A DNA stretch of 27,706 nucleotides from a virus. Lineage: Duplodnaviria; Heunggongvirae; Uroviricota; Caudoviricetes. A program made the translations under genes and the position numbers. A model generated the notes under the pieces. The model was not told the origin of the DNA. It did no database searches and saw only the letters and a program-made list of their open reading frames with translations. The stretch lies in the IMG/VR virus record IMGVR_UViG_3300028888_000003. One strand, 5' to 3'. Of the stretch, positions 26,896 through 27,706 are shown piece by piece; the stretch's first letter is position 1; each line of letters begins with the position of its first letter.

Positions 26896-27706
26896 GTGAG
26901 TGAAATGCACTACTATGGTTCGTTGCATAGCCACACAGAGTACTCAAATATTCGTCTGCGCGACTGCATTATAAAAATTGATAATGCTATGAAATATGCA
27001 CAAGAACTTGGTCATACAGTAATCGGTTTTACAGACCACGAATTTGTTGGTAGCTGGGTTAAAATTGAGCAAGCAGCAAAAAAGTATCCAGATTTAAAAG
27101 TAATTCGTGGTAATGAAATTTATCTATGCAGAAATGGATTAAATGCTCAAAATTATAATCGTGAATATGATAGATATTATCACTTTATTCTTTTGGCAAA
27201 AGATTTAATTGGCGCACATCAAATAATGGAAATATCAACCCGCGCTTGGGAACGTAGTTATATGGCGCGGGGTATGCGTCGTGTTCCAACATATTATCAA
27301 GATTTGTGGGATATAATCGCAGCTAATCCGGGTCATGTAATAGGTTCAACCGCTTGCCTTGGCGGCGCGCTTCCAACGCAGATACTTAGAGCACAAACCG
27401 ATAATAGAATTTGGGAAAAACTCGATATCTGGCTTAATCAAATGGAACAGATTTTTGGTAAAGAAGATTTTTATCTTGAAATGCAACCGTCAAAAAATAA
27501 AGAACAAATTATAGTAAATAAAAAGCTGATGGAATATGTTCATCAGCGTGGTAATAAAGTAATTATAACTACAGATAGCCATTATCTTAAAAAAGAAGAT
27601 AGAAAGATACATAAAGCATATTTAAATGCACAGAATGGTGATAGAGAAGTTGATGATTTCTATGCAACAACTTATATGATGGGAACAGAAGAACTTGAAA
27701 GTTTCT
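26896..27706 (+). CDS. dnaE: DNA polymerase III alpha subunit, N-terminal PHP domain (partial)
   Basis: GTG after GGAGG; LHSHTEYS, FTDHE, GNEIY, HFILLAK, STACLGG, FYLEMQ and TTDSHY; open to the window end with no TAG. Confidence 0.9.
   Translation, partial: MSEMHYYGSLHSHTEYSNIRLRDCIIKIDNAMKYAQELGHTVIGFTDHEFVGSWVKIEQAAKKYPDLKVIRGNEIYLCRNGLNAQNYNREYDRYYHFILLAKDLIGAHQIMEISTRAWERSYMARGMRRVPTYYQDLWDIIAANPGHVIGSTACLGGALPTQILRAQTDNRIWEKLDIWLNQMEQIFGKEDFYLEMQPSKNKEQIIVNKKLMEYVHQRGNKVIITTDSHYLKKEDRKIHKAYLNAQNGDREVDDFYATTYMMGTEELESF

Noticed and set aside
1-27706. Suppressor tRNA, CRISPR array, introns or inteins
   Set aside because: No cloverleaf or repeat-spacer array was seen by eye, and core enzymes have ordinary lengths. 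tRNAscan and Infernal were not run.

Overview
AT-rich (~30% GC by eye) segment of a large bacteriophage genome. Strong GGAGG Shine-Dalgarno sites and sigmaA-type promoters with 17-nt spacers suggest a Firmicutes host. The phage reads TAG as Gln (genetic code 15-like), so the supplied standard-code ORF track fragments or misses many genes. Positions 1-3706 (minus strand) hold TAG-rich putative structural genes and an HTH gene. From 3951 (plus strand) runs a replication/metabolism region: RNase H, dNMP kinase, ATP-dependent ligase, three nucleases, a holin-like protein, UvrD-like helicase, GyrB/GyrA, SSB-like protein, AAA_24 ATPase, DnaB, primase, RecJ, a lytic transglycosylase, two DNA methyltransferases and the start of DnaE. 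The most striking observation is the dNMP kinase P-loop, which is interrupted by CGC-TAA-CGT. This is the layout of a matched-codon stop-hop that would restore GYPRAGKDT. Also notable: TAG codons are concentrated in putative late genes, three of which follow a candidate YTRTA-N18-TACTTA promoter; CGCG is strongly over-represented; there is a membrane-anchored GIY-YIG nuclease; and GyrA lacks both quinolone-bridge residues. All translations and counts were made by hand.
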